Source: Fimbriosthenelais zetlandica
Taxonomy: Eukaryota
Direction of reading: 5' to 3'
NCBI GenBank assembly: GCA_977030845.1
Contig: OZ365113.1
Span: 39,308,001-39,372,000 of the forward strand
DNA length: 64,000 nucleotides
A program made the translations under genes and the position numbers. Under the pieces are notes generated by a model. That model made no database searches. It had not been told where the DNA came from and saw only the letters and a program-made list of their open reading frames with translations. Shown here piece after piece: positions 1-14,806 of the stretch (positions within the stretch are counted from its first letter, which is position 1; every line of letters starts with the position of its first letter).

Positions 1-13
1 CAAAAAGCTGCTG

Positions 14-47
14 CCTCCTCCTCCTCCTCCTCCTCCTCCTCTCCTCC
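14..47. repeat. (CCT)n microsatellite
   Basis: About 11 CCT units seen directly. Confidence 0.95.
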
Positions 48-190
48 ACGAGGCTGACTTGATATTTTTTTCGGTAGTGATAGAACGCATGTGGCGGTGG
101 GGGTTTAGAGCAGAAAGGGGTCAGGCCGGCCATTAAGGTGATTTATAGAGGTGAGTGATGGAGGGGGTGTGTCATATCCTGACATGGAGC

Positions 191-200
191 CTGTCAATCA
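191..200 (-). promoter_or_regulatory. Pbx-Meis/Prep decamer TGATTGACAG inside a TGACA-rich island (about 130-300)
   Basis: ctgtcaatca is the reverse complement of the decamer. TGATTTAT lies at 139-146 and further TGACAG/CTGTCA sites are nearby. Motif match only. Confidence 0.4.
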
Positions 201-2263
201 TGCACGCGTCAGCTGCCTGGCGTGGCCCAGTGACAGGGCGCATTGTGGCCAAGACAAGGATCCGAGCCCGAGGCCTGCAAACACCCTACCCATCACTGTC
301 AGCTTCCACACCCACAGCGCATCGTAAATAACCACAAATACATAATGCCGGTTAACCGAAAGCTTTGATCACTGTAATAAGTCTACCGTCCGTGAGGTGG
401 CGCCATTAACCTGACTATACACTGGTACACTCACTAACACTCACACTTGCTCTGAGATGCTGGCATCTATAAATGAACCCTCTAACTTTAGAGGCTTGTA
501 TAATAGATGGCCATTACATGAGTTACTCACATTTGCTCTACCGACTAACATTGTGTCGTGAACCCATGCGCTAATGAATCCTACTGACATCCAGCCTCTG
601 GGTAATGGCATTCCCCTGCCATTTTAGGTTGCAATTTTCAACTTGCGGAATGCAACATATGATTATGAAGCCTGCATTAATGAGATAGTGGAGATGCACA
701 CTTGCAAGAACCGCAAGACTCCAATTAATCCTGCAGGCAATGCTGTTGATATTGCCGCATGAAAATGGGTGGATTTTGGTTGATGCGATTTAGTTAAAGT
801 AAGAAAATACTGGATGGAGAGATCAATACTCGCAAGGCTAAAAACTGCTCATGTCATCTGGGTGAGTTACTCACACACACACAACATGCTCAAATATAGC
901 AGAGAGCTCAAATATTCTTCAGCTCAATTCAAACTGCTAAACATGAATTCACTATTATATTCCTTATGCTTAACATATTGAATGAGAGGTTGTTGTATAC
1001 ATGACCTGCACTATGAATCTCTTAAATAAAGATGGTTTGTCCATACTGCATCAAGTACAGCGGGTAGTCCATTAGTTAGCGTCTGACACAGTGACTGACT
1101 CCAGGTATGTTATCTGCAGCATGTGAGACATTCCTTTCTCCACTCATCCTCCCTCTCTCTACACATGTCGATAACCTATCAGTGAGGAACACTCCATCAC
1201 AAGGAAGAAAACTCACACACTTCGTTTATCATTACTATTTGTTTCGTCCTCCTTCGGTCCTTTTACTCCAAGGTAGACAACACTTATACGCAATTATATT
1301 TTTGCGTTGAATTATATTGTAAAAAATATCAAGCATTTGGATTCCGGCATTATAAGTAGGCCTACATCTAAGTCAACCAACTATTCAGGGAAATTTCATA
1401 GAAAGTATTCCTGTCTCACTGCTATCTAGATCTAACCTAGGATCTCCCCCTACCCCCTCCTATACCCCCCCCCCCCCCTCTAAATGATGCAACCAGGACC
1501 GTACGGCCATCATATCATGAATATTTTCATCGTAAATACTAAATACATTAAATTAATGTAGCTTATTTAAGAGACTGGGATCAAGCGACCGATATAGGCC
1601 TTGTCAGCTGGCCGCATTTAGTTGACGCGATTCTCACTAGGGGGCAGGTTGATTGGAAGCCATCATCGCCGGCAGCTGAAAGTGACGGCGACAGTTGGAA
1701 AAGGTGAGAAATAAATCGCGCCTGATTCATTTTGGAATTATCCACAGAGTCGGCTATGTAAGTGTTGGTATGAATATGTAGAAGAGCATGCGCGACAAGA
1801 GATCCCCCAGTCCACGGCCAAACGATGGATTGCTGTTTGTTTGGCCTCTTTCACTCTTCCTCAAATCCTACTGTAGGCGGAGATATGTCCATAGAGGCAA
1901 CAATGGATCGAGCCCTGCCGCAGATGCAGATGGTGGCAAGCAAAAAGTTTATGAATAATCATTCTCTCATTCTTGCTCAACTAAAGGGAAGACATTTGTA
2001 ATTGTCGCGGCGAGGTTTACAAGGGTGCGAGTCGTCATTGTTCATTGATCGCGACTGCAGACAATGATGTCGGCTTTCATTTGAAAGGGAAAAAATATTT
2101 GCACACAGTGACACTGATCGGTCATCTTCCCTAGTTTGCTTTACCTTTGATAGTTTGAATAGGTATCCCTTTCCTACTGCCAGCAGTAAATTTATCTGAA
2201 GAAGAAAATAACTTTACCTACTCCCACAAAGATTTATTCAGTTTTATCTGAATTATCTAAAAA

Positions 2264-2307
2264 GCAGGCCGAGTCCCATAGACTGCAGGCCGAGTCCCAT
2301 CAACTGC
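2264..2307. repeat. 21-bp tandem duplication (GCAGGCCGAGTCCCAT core) followed by C18 and an A-tract
   Basis: Core at 2264-2279 and 2285-2300; poly-C at 2316-2333. Confidence 0.85.
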
Positions 2308-4053
2308 TTCAATGACCCCCCCCCCCCCCCCCCAAAAAAAAAACAAAAAAACTCCACCCTAATAATGGACATAATAGTAATGGCATGCAATCATGCCCGA
2401 TTTTAATACAGAAATAGATTGTTGTAATAAATCGAGTTTGTCTAAGTAGTATATGAAAACCTGATTAGCTTCTGGGAATCGAGGGAAGGAAATAGCATGT
2501 AACTTTATCCCGAGAGTGAATTCTAACACTCGCGGTAGCTTTATATCTTTATGACAGTGGAACACAGTAAACGTGTAATAAAACAATGGGCTATTGGAGA
2601 AACAGATTTGGAAAAAAGCTAAAGAAACTAAAGCGAGTGCTGGTAGAAAGGGGATGAGTGGAGAGCTGCGAACCGAGGTAAAATGGTTTGGAAAGAAGAA
2701 TGAGAATGAGAGGAGATACCCAGGTAACACAGTAGAAAGATAGAGCTGCTCTTCTATCGCCAATAAACACGCGAGTTGCTCATGCCTGCTTCGCACCTCC
2801 TCTCCTGATCGTGTCAGATCAAGGTAGTGGTTGCCATGGTGACACAAGTTTTTACAAAATGCCACGGTCTCATTCTGACTTCCTAGAACTATAAAATAGC
2901 ACATATCAGAGGACGGAGATTGTAGTGTTTGTGAGAACCAGCACAAAAGTTTTTGATTGGGCCATTACTTGCTGACGAATTCACCCCAAATTGACCCCAG
3001 TAAAAAAGAAGATGCCTTGATTCCTTGCAGTCGCGCATCATTGTAACCAATGGGCTGATATTGAATGACCACATGGCCTGGAGGTTAGTGGAAGGATGGG
3101 CGCGGGACGGGGACAGAGAATGGACAGTGGCCAGTGATTACATAATGATAGATGGCGCGCGAGGATCGATCCCATCTCAATAGATAGCCGCGCCTTTTGT
3201 CGCCCATTTATAACGATAATAATCCTCTGTGATTACTCTTGTCGTCCCTGCTCATCCATGGACTGTGTCACCCTCTCCTCTTGGACTGTTTCACTCGCCC
3301 TACCAGCTCATCTGATGCGTCCTTAACTTCTCAATGTTACTTATACTTCCTTTGAGTAGCTCTCATATTGAAACACTGCCCAGCTGAGCTTACCTGCTTG
3401 CACCTATGTTAGAACTGGGCTTAAAGCATCAAGCCCACCACTGTCCATTCCCTATAGGAGGCGTGCGTGTCAGTGTCTCAGGGTTGTATCAATATTAGTG
3501 AAACTGCATGACGGTCAGGGCTTTATACTGACTCGCCGACCTTAGTGACCTAGGAAGAAGTGACCACATGAGTGGACGGTGGGCCAAAGGTCAACCCTGG
3601 CCGAAATAATGGACCATCATTGGGAGGAATGACCGCCTCGAACAAAACAGGCAGTTGATAACAGAATAACAAATTACGATAATCAGTGTGTAATCTATCA
3701 GGCTGGAGTGAGAGAGGGAATGATTGTCAATGCCGAATATGTGGGGGTGTCTGTACGAAAATGATGAGGTGTCAAAGGTAATTAATGAGGTGGCCTTGAT
3801 AAGATCACACCTGATCACAGATGGGATTACATATTACAATCTAATGATGCATGCTTTGTTCCGTGTATCTTGCAAAGGATTCAGTAAATGTAACCGTCTA
3901 ACGCAATGCTGTTCTATTATGTAACAAACGATACAGTTACTGCTCGGCGGAACCTCACTTTTGGAGACGTTCCTCATGACAATAATTTCCGTATTTTGTC
4001 AAAGAAAACTCTTCTTTTCCAAAGATTTAATTTGCGACTCTTTCTCTTTGCAG

Positions 4054-4222
4054 TTATGTCAGAAGGGCTTCCGGCGAGCAAGCCACTTACGAGATCATCT
4101 GAACACACACAACCCGCCCAGCACACCTGCGACGCCCAAAACAACCCCACACGTGTGTACTACCTGTAATAAAGGCTTCACCAAACCCTCACAGCTCCAG
4201 CGACATATCCGAATACATACAG
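4054..4222 (+). CDS. ZNF236: Penultimate coding exon of a ZNF236-like multi-C2H2 zinc-finger gene (gene starts upstream of the window)
   Basis: Acceptor tttctctttgcag ends at 4053 and donor G|GTGAG starts at 4223. The exon reads LCQKGFRRASHLRDHLNTH...HVCTTCNKGFTKPSQLQRHIRIHT-G: the end of one C2H2 finger, a complete finger and the start of the HTGE linker. KPSQLxRHxRIHTGE matches the ZNF236 C-terminal fingers as I recall them; no BLAST was run. Confidence 0.88.
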
Positions 4223-7200
4223 GTGAGGATACCATTACATCACTAAACCTCCTTCATCCATATAGAAAGACTCGATGTTCTTATTTTTGTATGTAATATT
4301 AGGGAACGACCTTTTCCCTTGATCGTGTGTTCCTCAACTTTTGGTGGGAAGTTTGTAACAGCGTGCTTCTTTCAGGTCTCACTGTCGCCTCTCTGTTGTT
4401 AATAGGAGATGGTCTTGTCTCTGCATCTTTAGATTGAACCAGGAACGGACCTTTTAAGTGGTCGTTGAAGAAATGGCCTATAGCTCTACTGTGATATTGT
4501 AATTTCAAGTTTACAGATAGTGAGATTCTAGTGATGTATCTGGAACTTGAAAAGTGTAACAACTTTTGAAACATAGTTGGTGGTGAGAGGCAGGGAAGAT
4601 GACTTACAAGAAAAAGATCTCCAAAGAGGATGGAATCAGCGTGAGATGGACCAGAGTTAGGATCAATAACTAATCCCAACAATAGATCCCAGGAGTGGGT
4701 GGGTCGGGGGATCCATGAGTGGGTCGGAGGCAGGGAGATAGGGAGGAGGAATAGGGGCTGCCAAATGGTTGCCATGACTGCCACGAGGTGTCAGTACTTG
4801 TAGCAGGTGGCGCCGCCAGTGGTGCGCCCCCGACTTAGCCCAGGTGTTGGTGAAGACGTCGCACGATCAGATTACCTTGCGCGTCTCCCACTTTATACAG
4901 ACCCTTGTCACCTGGCCTCCTCCTACTCCTCCTGCGCCCTCCACACACGGTTAGCAGCTAGCTAGTGGAAGCACTGTGCATTACATGTTTAGCCTAGCTC
5001 TGGGTTGGGAGGTCAGAGGCTGTCCATGTCAGTTTAGTAATTAAGCGTCAATGAAAGCTGTGCTAAGCCAAGCACAAAGAGAAGCTGCCTAAGTTGCCTT
5101 GACAACCAATGAAGAGGCGCACATTGTGTCCCAACCCACCCTCCCCCTCCCCTCGGTGTCAGCGCCAGAGGGGGCCAAGATCCCAGCACCCAAGTGTTTT
5201 GATCTGAAGTCGGCTTGAGAAAGTTATTAATCAATTTTCCTGGCGATAAGTAACATTAATTCTATTTGCCAGGTAGGGAGAGAGATTGTTGAGCATGGTG
5301 GAGGTTGGTGCTTGGCGTGAGGGTGTGTGTGGGGGGGGGGGGGAGGTAAGGGGGAGATTGGGGGTAAATTGGTGAAGGTTAGCCTGTCGCTGTATTATCG
5401 TATCCTACTTCCTCCGCCCAGCCCACCACCACCTCTCCCTCTGCCCCCCACCTCTCCCTCTGCCCCCCCACCTCCCCCTCTGCCCCCCCACCTCCCCCTC
5501 TGCCCCCCCACCTCCCCCTCTGCCCCCCCACCTCCCCCTCTGCCCCCCCACCTCCCCCTCTGCCCCCCACCTCCCCCTTGGTCTCCGTCATAATCTCCTC
5601 GTCGTTGGAAGGAGTTCTGAGGTTATCAGGAGGGGGGAGGTGTTGGATGGTTGTGGTTGGATATGGGTACACAAGGCCATGGCAGGCCATCTCTTGTCTC
5701 TCCCAATAAAGAGATAACTCACGGGGAATTTATTCATAAAATCACATCGCATGTACATCTGATTTATAATCAAAGTCCATGCTCTCACCGCCCCCCCATT
5801 TCTCATCAGATTATAAATTAAAAAAGATTGTCTTGCGCGCGGCGCTTCTCACATTAATAATGAATAGACAGCGTTAATCGATTCGCTTAGAATGTTGGAT
5901 TGCAGAATTGAATTTTGCAGGTTTTTGATCGCGTTGCAATTTGGAAGTTAATGGGAATAAATATGGCTTATGTATCGGTACACAGTGAAGTGGCGAGCGT
6001 CAGCCTTCTTGATGGAACAATCAACTTCCTCAGTACAGTGGATGCAAGAAGCAACGCAAAAGAAGAAAGTGAAACTTTCACCTGACAAGCACTTTTATTC
6101 GATGAATGATGAAATTTAAGCAACTATCGAGACTTGCGAGAATCTAGTCATAGCTACACTGGTTACACAGGTTCTGGTGTCTCATGCGATGTGCTGGCCA
6201 TGAGCTAGGAGAGAGGTATTGCATCCAATTATTTGAGATGAGCCTTAAATGGCTGAGTGGTCATTCATATCCGCTCGCAAGTCACCTCCTCTATTAAGAC
6301 CTTCCGTCAGGAGGGCCAGCTAACTGTTGGTCATTTTGCCACCACTACATGATGTACTTGGCCTGCACCTTCCTTAGATCAGTTGACATAAATGCAAACG
6401 ACACAGTAAAGACGAGGTCTAGACATATTCACTGGCGGGTTGCTGCCGCAAATGTTGACCTAAGCGCATATATGTACAGCGGACTTCAGGAGAGGGCGTT
6501 CTGAGGATGACAAGCGGCTACGTTTGCACGTCATCCCAAATGGCCATTGCTGTCATGGCGACCATAGCTGTCATGATGCCATGCACAAATGAGTCGCAAT
6601 GAGAAACGCTGAGGAGGGACATTATCAGCTTGCCTTATACCCACTATGTACCGCCATGACAGACACTTCTCTGTCACTCACTGCTTACACGGGGCGCTAC
6701 GATCGATAGCCGTGTCACATGGGGTGTCATCCTCAGTCACGTGACGTTAGCCTGCCTTCATTAAGTGCCCCACCTGCTGACAGAGACGGATACAAAGGTA
6801 GGAGAGGAAATGGCTTCTCGTCCCTCATTGTGTTGGTGGGAGGGAGGGAGGGCAGCATCCATAAGAGCATCATCTTATCACCGCATTCATCATTAACTTT
6901 TTCCGGAGGTCATTCCTTTCCTCACATCTCACATCCCATACTGCGACTAGCTCACCAACCTGGCTAGAGTTTACCATAGTGAAATGCGATCACATAAGCC
7001 ACCCGAGGCCCACCTATCGATAAAGTTATGAAAAAGTGAGCTCGAGTCTGCTGCAGCTCCCTCGCTGGGTGAAAAATGGTGCGGGCAACTTAGCCAAAGG
7101 CCACGCGTCCTGCTCGATCAGTCAGTTAGTGACAACCTCCCTGTATAGATCATCTGACCAATACAGTTAAAAAGTCATAATGATGATCAAGCTAAGGATG

Positions 7201-10200
7201 ACCAATGGCCAGAGGGTGAGCGGTGGAGGAGTGTGTGGACAATGTCCGCTGTCGGGCCATGGTCAGGGGTGACTGCTGAGGTCCAGTCAGGTCCACTAGT
7301 GAGGGGTCACCTCCCCATCTCTACCAGCTCGGCCAGTGTACCCATGACAAGCCATAAATTCACCTGTTATTTGAGCTAACTTGAATATATTGTTCAGCCT
7401 GTCCTTGAATTCATATTTGGGAGATGCCCATACACTGGGCACATTTGTTGCCTGAGACAATGATCCATCGGTAGAGATGAGGCCACTGCCAGCAGAACGA
7501 GTATGATACATTGACATAGCATGAATCACCATACAGCATTTGATGGATAAATATACCTTGAGTGGAAAAGAGAAAAAAACATCTCGAACTCTCTCTCTTC
7601 TTGACTCTAAACTGAGTATGTTCTATACCCTCCTAAACTAAAATTCCATTTTTTGGCGTTTTCTCTCTACAGTCATTATTTAAGTCAAATATTTTCCTGA
7701 TTTGTTGTTCGAAAATAACATGATATCCACTTCCACTTGTCAGTGAACTGAATTGAAAGGGCATGGCATTTAAAGATGTCTTCTTCCTTTATTTCTCACA
7801 ACAAGCCTATAATTCTTCCCCTCTCGACCACACTCCGTTATAGTTTAATAAGAACATAAATAACACATGTTCTTTGTTCTTGAAGGATACCAGTGTGATG
7901 GGAATCTTTGCCTCTCATTGTACTCTTTCTTTTCTTTTCGGTTGAAAACTAGACACAACCCTCGAGTCAAGGAAAGAAGAATCAGTAGAATCTGAAAAAT
8001 TGAAAGGTTTCAGATGAAGAATAATGTATGTTATTTGGATATACTTCCATCAAACCCGTTGATTTTAAATTTCAGTGTGAGCTCAGCAAAATCGTTTTGT
8101 GTGGGTGACGGGTAATTTAATGTGTGGCCAGCTTAACTGGGGGAATGACCATCCCTTATATGGGCAGACATGTTTCTCCCCTCACAGGATGGCTAGTGGC
8201 GAGCTAGCAATGCCCTTACTGGCCACCATCTCACCGTGAAGAGGTGTCCTCTTTGCAATCAAGGCCATGTCAGAAAACAAACACATCAATACAGCCGGGG
8301 ACGAGGTAGCCACAAAGGGGTCCACCTGGCCAGGCTTAATGTGCCACCCTGCAAAATGAACACCTCCTCAATCCAATTTATCTCCCATCGCCATGTAATG
8401 GACATGCTTTAGGGCCAGGCGCCACGTGATAATTGGCTAATAACATTGAGTGATGGCAAAGTGGAGGGTCCAACTCGGGCCAACTACCACACGCCTGGAC
8501 AAGACAGATTGACCCAAAGGTAGGCACACATTGCAGGAAATATGGCCGCCGACCCCAGGTTAAACCTCCCCAAGATCCCAACCAAATCCCGCCTGATCAA
8601 CCCGAGCGCCACCTAGACGAGCAATAAGGTAGCACCGTCATTTGTCCCAACGACGTGCGATGCTAAATGACGTGGGTAAATTGGCAGTGACAATATTTCA
8701 TTGTAGTTGGTGAGGGAAAAGAACAAGTGGACGTACGGGTGTGTCTAACACGATAAATGAGACGCATCCGTCGGGATAAATCACCAGAAGAACGACGCCA
8801 AATAACATTAGCCCCAAATTCTATTTGTTGATTTATTCCATTGCGGTAGAGTTGTAGAGTGGACACATTTTTAATTGGTGCCAGCAGTCGGGATGCTGTT
8901 GGACAAGCACCCACTTAAGTCAGTGATACATTGTGCGACTGGCAGAAACGATCCACATCAGTGCTACAAACACGTCTCTAGGCCACCACTCGGAAACAAC
9001 AACTCTTTATCTTACTTGAATGTTGAAACAGTCGAAACCAGTGAAGGCATTGGGTAAAAAGAAAGGAGTGATATACATACCCACTATACAATAGGCTGGG
9101 GGTGGTCTCCTTTCTGTTCGAGCTAAGGAGCTGGCAGTTTCACTTCTCTGTAACACTAAACCGTTTCAAGGATTGTGAAAGAGAAATATAGACGTGTTGC
9201 AATGCACCTGCTGCTATGGCGTAGGTCTACACGATAAGCCCCTGATAAATCTCCACTTAGCTATGACTTCATTAGGCTTGACGTCTGCATACAATGCCAC
9301 CCTGTTTTATATCCAAATACTTACCACTGTTCATATTGAGAAGTCTGCACCATACACTCATTGCAACTCGTTGAAGCATCCATTGAATGCCCCTTTTTGC
9401 TGAATAGGAATAAATGGATGCTTTATGGAAATGATATCATTGCTCGTACATAATCCTAGTCAAAGAGGTAATGACTGCTGTGGGACTGGGAACAGACAAC
9501 CTAAGGACTCCTTTTGTTACCTCTGAACATCAAGAAAGACAGCTCAGAATTGTACAAACATAAGTATCATGCCGAATCTACTTTTACCACACATTGAAAG
9601 TTACAATTTTTTTACAATTTCAAATTGCCACATTCCCTTCTCATTGATCATGGGGTTTTATTGTACACAGTCATAGACTTGTCTCATTTATGTATGTCAC
9701 CTTTTTGAAAGGTATGGTGTCTCTACCATTAGTGTAGACCTGTGTGTTTGCACATCTCCATGTTGGTGCCTAAAGTGTCATGCTGTGAAATAAGGAACAA
9801 GGTTAGCAGCAGAGGAATAAGGCTGATCATTTGTCTCTGGATTCAACTAGTGATATGACCTGTCCCTTCTCGCCATCCCCTGGCCATCTCACCTAAATGG
9901 GGTTTCAAGTCTGCGCAATATAAAGATTGATTCTGGTGAGTGGGATGCCCATGCGATTGGATTAAAAAGCGGATTTATTTCCTCAGTGTGTTGCGATCAA
10001 ATGGAAGTGGTGATATTACATTTACTCGAGGCGAATTGTTGCAACGAGTAATGATTCGCCGACCCATAAACAATATCTACGACAACCTTTGTTCCCAATT
10101 CGTTTCGAGGCGATAATGAATAGGCCTGGGCCATGGTAATCGAGATGGGACTGGCCGGCAAAAGTTGAGTTTACCAGCGGGGAAAGGGGTCATCATTCAA

Positions 10201-13200
10201 CCCGATAATGAGGTATATACAGATAGGCAGTCAAAGAGAGATAGTCCAGTCGTCAGCCTTTATTGTCCTGCCACCGCCAAATGTGGTTATACGCCAATCG
10301 CTAAAACTTGCATACATCTTTGTCGGAGGATAGAGATAGCACTAGGATTTGCAGTGAGATGTTCCTCTGTTCAGTCACCGCCTATAGCCTCCCCTCCTAC
10401 TCCCCATCAAGGTCTTATCCTCAAGTCCAGTGTTCAACTCAACTATCAGAGATGTCCATCTCTGACTTGACAAACATTCTCCTTCATTGTTCATCTTTGT
10501 GTTTAACACCCACCACCCCTTTCTCTTCATGTACAGATATGGTGATACTATCTGCGGTCCATACAAGAATAAGACCCTTAACATGCATCCATCGAAATAT
10601 TGTATGATGGTACGTTATTGTGCTGGTCGTGATGATTGTTCCCTCCAACTGATGAAATAGGGAATGCCACTGGCCCAGTCAAATGTTGCCTTGGCTGTGG
10701 ATTGTACATGAGTGCATCACTGGTAATCGGAACTCACCAGATGGCCTTCACATCCTTGCTTGATGGTTCTCTAGGCAAAGTGACCATCATTACCTGTGAT
10801 GGGGTTACAAAGCGCAGCTTGGTGTTGACCATAAGATGGCGGCTGCCGGAAAGGCCCTTTCCTTTCCTCTGTCCAACCACCATCCTCTAAACCTGTTCAG
10901 TGAATTTGGCTGGCTTGAGCCAACGTTAAAATTGTACCAGGCCAACAGCCTACAGATTACCAGCCATCAGACTGTGCTCTATAATTTAGATCAGTGGTAT
11001 ATTCTATAGACCACATATCTCTCGGTTACTTCGATATATAAATATCTATATTCTACACTGTGCATGTATATGTATAATATTATGATAAAGAAGAGATGAC
11101 TTGGCTATCTCCTACTTGCCTCAAGTAGGAGATATTTCAGTTTTATTATTTTTGCCGGTTTCGTTTTCACACCTTGAAGCCGGGCCTCGCCCATGACTTA
11201 AGCTGTCTCCTCTATAGGATGCTGAGAATGGACTGTCGCCAAAAGAGCAACCACTGCCATAAAGCATGTGATGTAAAGTTAATCACAGCCGGCTGCTCAT
11301 TGATTATCCATTAAATCTGACTAATTAACCTGGAAGGTGAAATGGATCGCGGGCTCTCCCTCCTCTACCTCTTACCTCGCCACTCATAGATCAGCCACCA
11401 CTACATGATCATCTTGCTCTCTCTCTCTTTTCTCTCTCTCTCCCTTCTACTGCTCCTCCTGCTTGAGTAGCTCCTGCTCCTCATCCGCCAGGAGTAACTC
11501 TTCGCGGCGATGTCAGCCAGCAGTAGGTATAGATAATAAGAAGCTAAGCTGAATGATCAGGCCAAGGCGGAAGTTGTGTTTCGATCCATAACGTTTGCTG
11601 TAAGCTCTTCCTGAGGTTTTTTCCAGCGAGGCGAGCTCTAGCATTTTGTTTTATGACTGTCACTTTAAGCGTTTACTTGCGAGATCATCCATTGTCTAAC
11701 GTCAAGCGCATCCTATGTAGTCAATATTTTCGAGATGTTAGGAAATCCTTTTTGTGCTTCGTGGCCGTAAAGAAAGTTTTAATTAAGGCGGTTGATGAAT
11801 CAGATTGGGCTCGGCTGTGTTGTTTCACGGGCATTTATGAAGGCTGTCAGACATCAATAATGCTGGGCTCTTTGACAGATAGAGCCACCCTGGACACAAA
11901 CCTTTGTTTAGAGAACAATACAAGATGGATGCTTGCTGTCACACCCGTCCATATAACCACCACAATATGTGATAAACCCTGCAATCGAACAATCAAAACT
12001 ACAACTGTCTTCCAGTAAAAATCAACAAGAAACCAAGAGAAACCGGTTTTTCAGTCATTTTCCAGCAGGCCCTCTACACATTCCGGCGCCGCTCTGAATG
12101 GGCGAGTTATGTATCGCCAGGTTTTGGTCGGTTTCTCCTGCTTTGTAGAAAGCATCATTGAAGGGAGAATTGATTCCTACCAGCTGTTGGAAACGATTCA
12201 TAAAAGGCAAAAGAAAAGACAAAGCTCGATTACATTTACTGTTACATGTCATTCCACAATTTGTCATTCAAGTCATTACTTCATTTCCGGAAGGATTTTT
12301 GTCCCCTGTTTGTTAATGTAAGATGTCTTGTGGCATCTTTAACGTCGCACAATCAGGGCAAGCGCAGCAGCTCCGGTAGCATAGCTGTCCTGTATTGTCT
12401 TACCAATAATCACCGCCCATCTTTTATTTCTTCCCCATTCTCCCTCCTCTCCAGAGAACTTAAATGCTATTTGCCGGCACCACTTACATAATCTATAACA
12501 TCCCTCAAACAATGGCAAAGCTTGATAGCACTTCTCAGAGCGGGAGCTTTGTTCTTATTTACTAGTCGTAATAAAAGAACATTGGTAAGTTTACTTGTGA
12601 AGCTAGCTCAATAGAGTCTTGGAAAAGGACAGGGATTTAACGCTGGTACCAACACATGTACACTAAGTGCCTTATCAAGCCGCCCTCTTCTCACTCCCTC
12701 ACTCCTCAGTGAATGATAGATCGGGGCCGATGCCGTATGTGGAGAGTGTTTGTGCGATAGCCTTTCTTCACAAGAAGAATTACACCTGACATCATTATCA
12801 CAATTAGTGCCGGGAAGATGCATTCACTCATTAGATGATATGTTTAGCCCATGGCACATTCGCCCTGCCATATGTCACTGCTCGGCCCAGGGCCACGACG
12901 CTCCAAGCAAACTCTTAACAACCATCCATTAGCTCCTGTCAATACCCTGTAATGATCTATCACAAGACGGCTCCAAGATTTTCAATCCGTCAACATGGCG
13001 AGCAGCTACATCTCTCAATTGTCTCGGCCTGCTAGATGGCTCTGATCCGACTCGGCCGATTGTGATCGATGCGACCTCTTGTGACAAACGCTGTGTACTC
13101 TGCTGCGAGTTATGCTAATTAGTTTGACTGATGCCCCGACCCAAGCTGAGTTATTTTGATATGAAAGCTTTTCCCCTTCAGATGGATGGCACTTAAGGCC

Positions 13201-14806
13201 TTGGCGCTGAGATATAGCACTCAGGGGACTGTATAGATCAGGTAGAGCTTGCCACGTGCTGCCATCACATGACCAGCACGTGACCCCACCAGGTGACCAA
13301 TCAGAATCTCCCCCCTTTTCGCCACCTGGTGAGGGACCAATGTAAAGATCAGAGCACCACCTGCAGTCAATAATCAGTGGTATTTTGTCATCGCTCAATA
13401 GTTGACATTAGTTTAGTATAATTGTTATTTTTCACGGATGTCCGGAACAGAAATTCCATTACATTTTCATCACGCTTTCCTTCAAATTGTCTGTATTTGC
13501 ACACATGTTCGACTTGTAACTTTTGACATCTAATCTTCGGGGGTTTGACCAGTCAATAACCGCTGAATATGTACTATTTTCTCATACTACTAACTTGTTC
13601 TGGGGCAGGGACCCCTTGCTTCTCTCAACGAATCTGAATATGAAGAAGTCACTTCTATTCTGATTTGTTAAGCATGCTTGCAACTTATATAAAAGGCCCG
13701 TGAATATATCAAAAGTTTCATACTGCATGTACGATTCAGTAGACACTGATGGAAATTACATCATAAAATCTGGGCTCTATCGCTCCTGTCCAATATAAAA
13801 GTAGGAAACATCTAGAACTGCTGGACAGTTCTGCATGTGCAAGTGGCGCACGTATGTTAACTTGGCCAATTGCAATTCAGAACATGTCTTGTATATATGT
13901 ATGTTATAGGGCTGGTTTGACTGTTGTTGCTTGCCTGCTCTCTCTACCATCAACCAACCTATGTATGACCAGTGTGTGATAGCATCCACCGTTTGATCAG
14001 CTATCGATCGGACACTGAGACCAATCACACTGGTCATTTGTTGGACTCTCCTATCTTTCGCCCCATCAGGCCAGGTCAGGCCGGGGCGCTGATGACCAGT
14101 GGTCAGCTGTGTGGAGTGGGATGTCCTCACCCTAGCTATACATAGATCACAACATTATCTGGCTGGTCTCGGCTGACCAGTCATCACTGTAGATCAGCGC
14201 TGACCGCTGGCCCCATGTACATTGGACACCACCCACCCAGCCGTCTCAGCCTTTAGCCCTCACTTACTGGTTAGCAGCCGGCCACTGCTCATCAAGGACT
14301 GGGTGTTATCTATTGTCAATTACCGCTTGCTTTATGAGCCAAGCGTTTATAACCAGGCCTTCCTATATAAATGAAAAATATTAGTCTGGCCCACACCCTA
14401 GCGGCCTCTCAGATTTGGCGGCCCTCGTAATGTCTTCACTCGTAATGAGTAGTATATGGAAAGTTGGAATTTGATCCGGCCACCTGAAATAAACTATGAT
14501 TTGTTTCACCTCACGGCCATTCATTCTTGTTCAGAGGCTTACAATGTCTCGTCTGATGTAGGAAGTACAATCTATTAATAAAGTGAAGTCTGTTAATAAA
14601 TTCAAATCCATTTGGATCTATTTTTAAATGGGGAATGTAGAGATATAATGACAATGTTTCTTAGATAATTTGTGTAGGATCCTTGCTCATTCTTTTAGGT
14701 TTTCCCAGGGGTGCTTCAGGCTATCCCTGCATGGCTTTAGCTTATAATGGCCATTCCCACACATCAAACCCTAGCTAAAGTCTTCCATGTTTTTAATATT
14801 TTTTAG
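4223..14806 (+). other. 10.6-kb phase-1 GT-AG intron splitting the Gly codon of the HTGE linker
   Basis: G(4222)+GC(14807-14808) gives GGC, restoring HTG-ERPF in frame. Canonical GTGAG donor and ttttaatattttttag acceptor. Confidence 0.88.
5429..5578. repeat. C-rich 20-bp minisatellite (TGCCCCCCCACCTCCCCCTC), about 7 copies
   Basis: Near-identical 19-20-bp units seen directly. It explains the Pro-rich and Gly-rich ORFs 5327-5593 and 5379-5690. Confidence 0.95.

Noticed and set aside
2359-2946. 195-aa minus-strand ORF, the longest in the track
   Set aside because: No recognisable domain, F/L/S-rich composition from a purine-rich plus strand, and antisense within a ZNF236 intron.
3961-4296. 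Full 111-aa ORF as an independent gene
   Set aside because: Only 4054-4222 is bounded by splice sites and encodes zinc fingers; the flanks are intron read-through.
5327-5690. Pro-rich and Gly-rich ORFs
   Set aside because: They are translations of the C-rich minisatellite.
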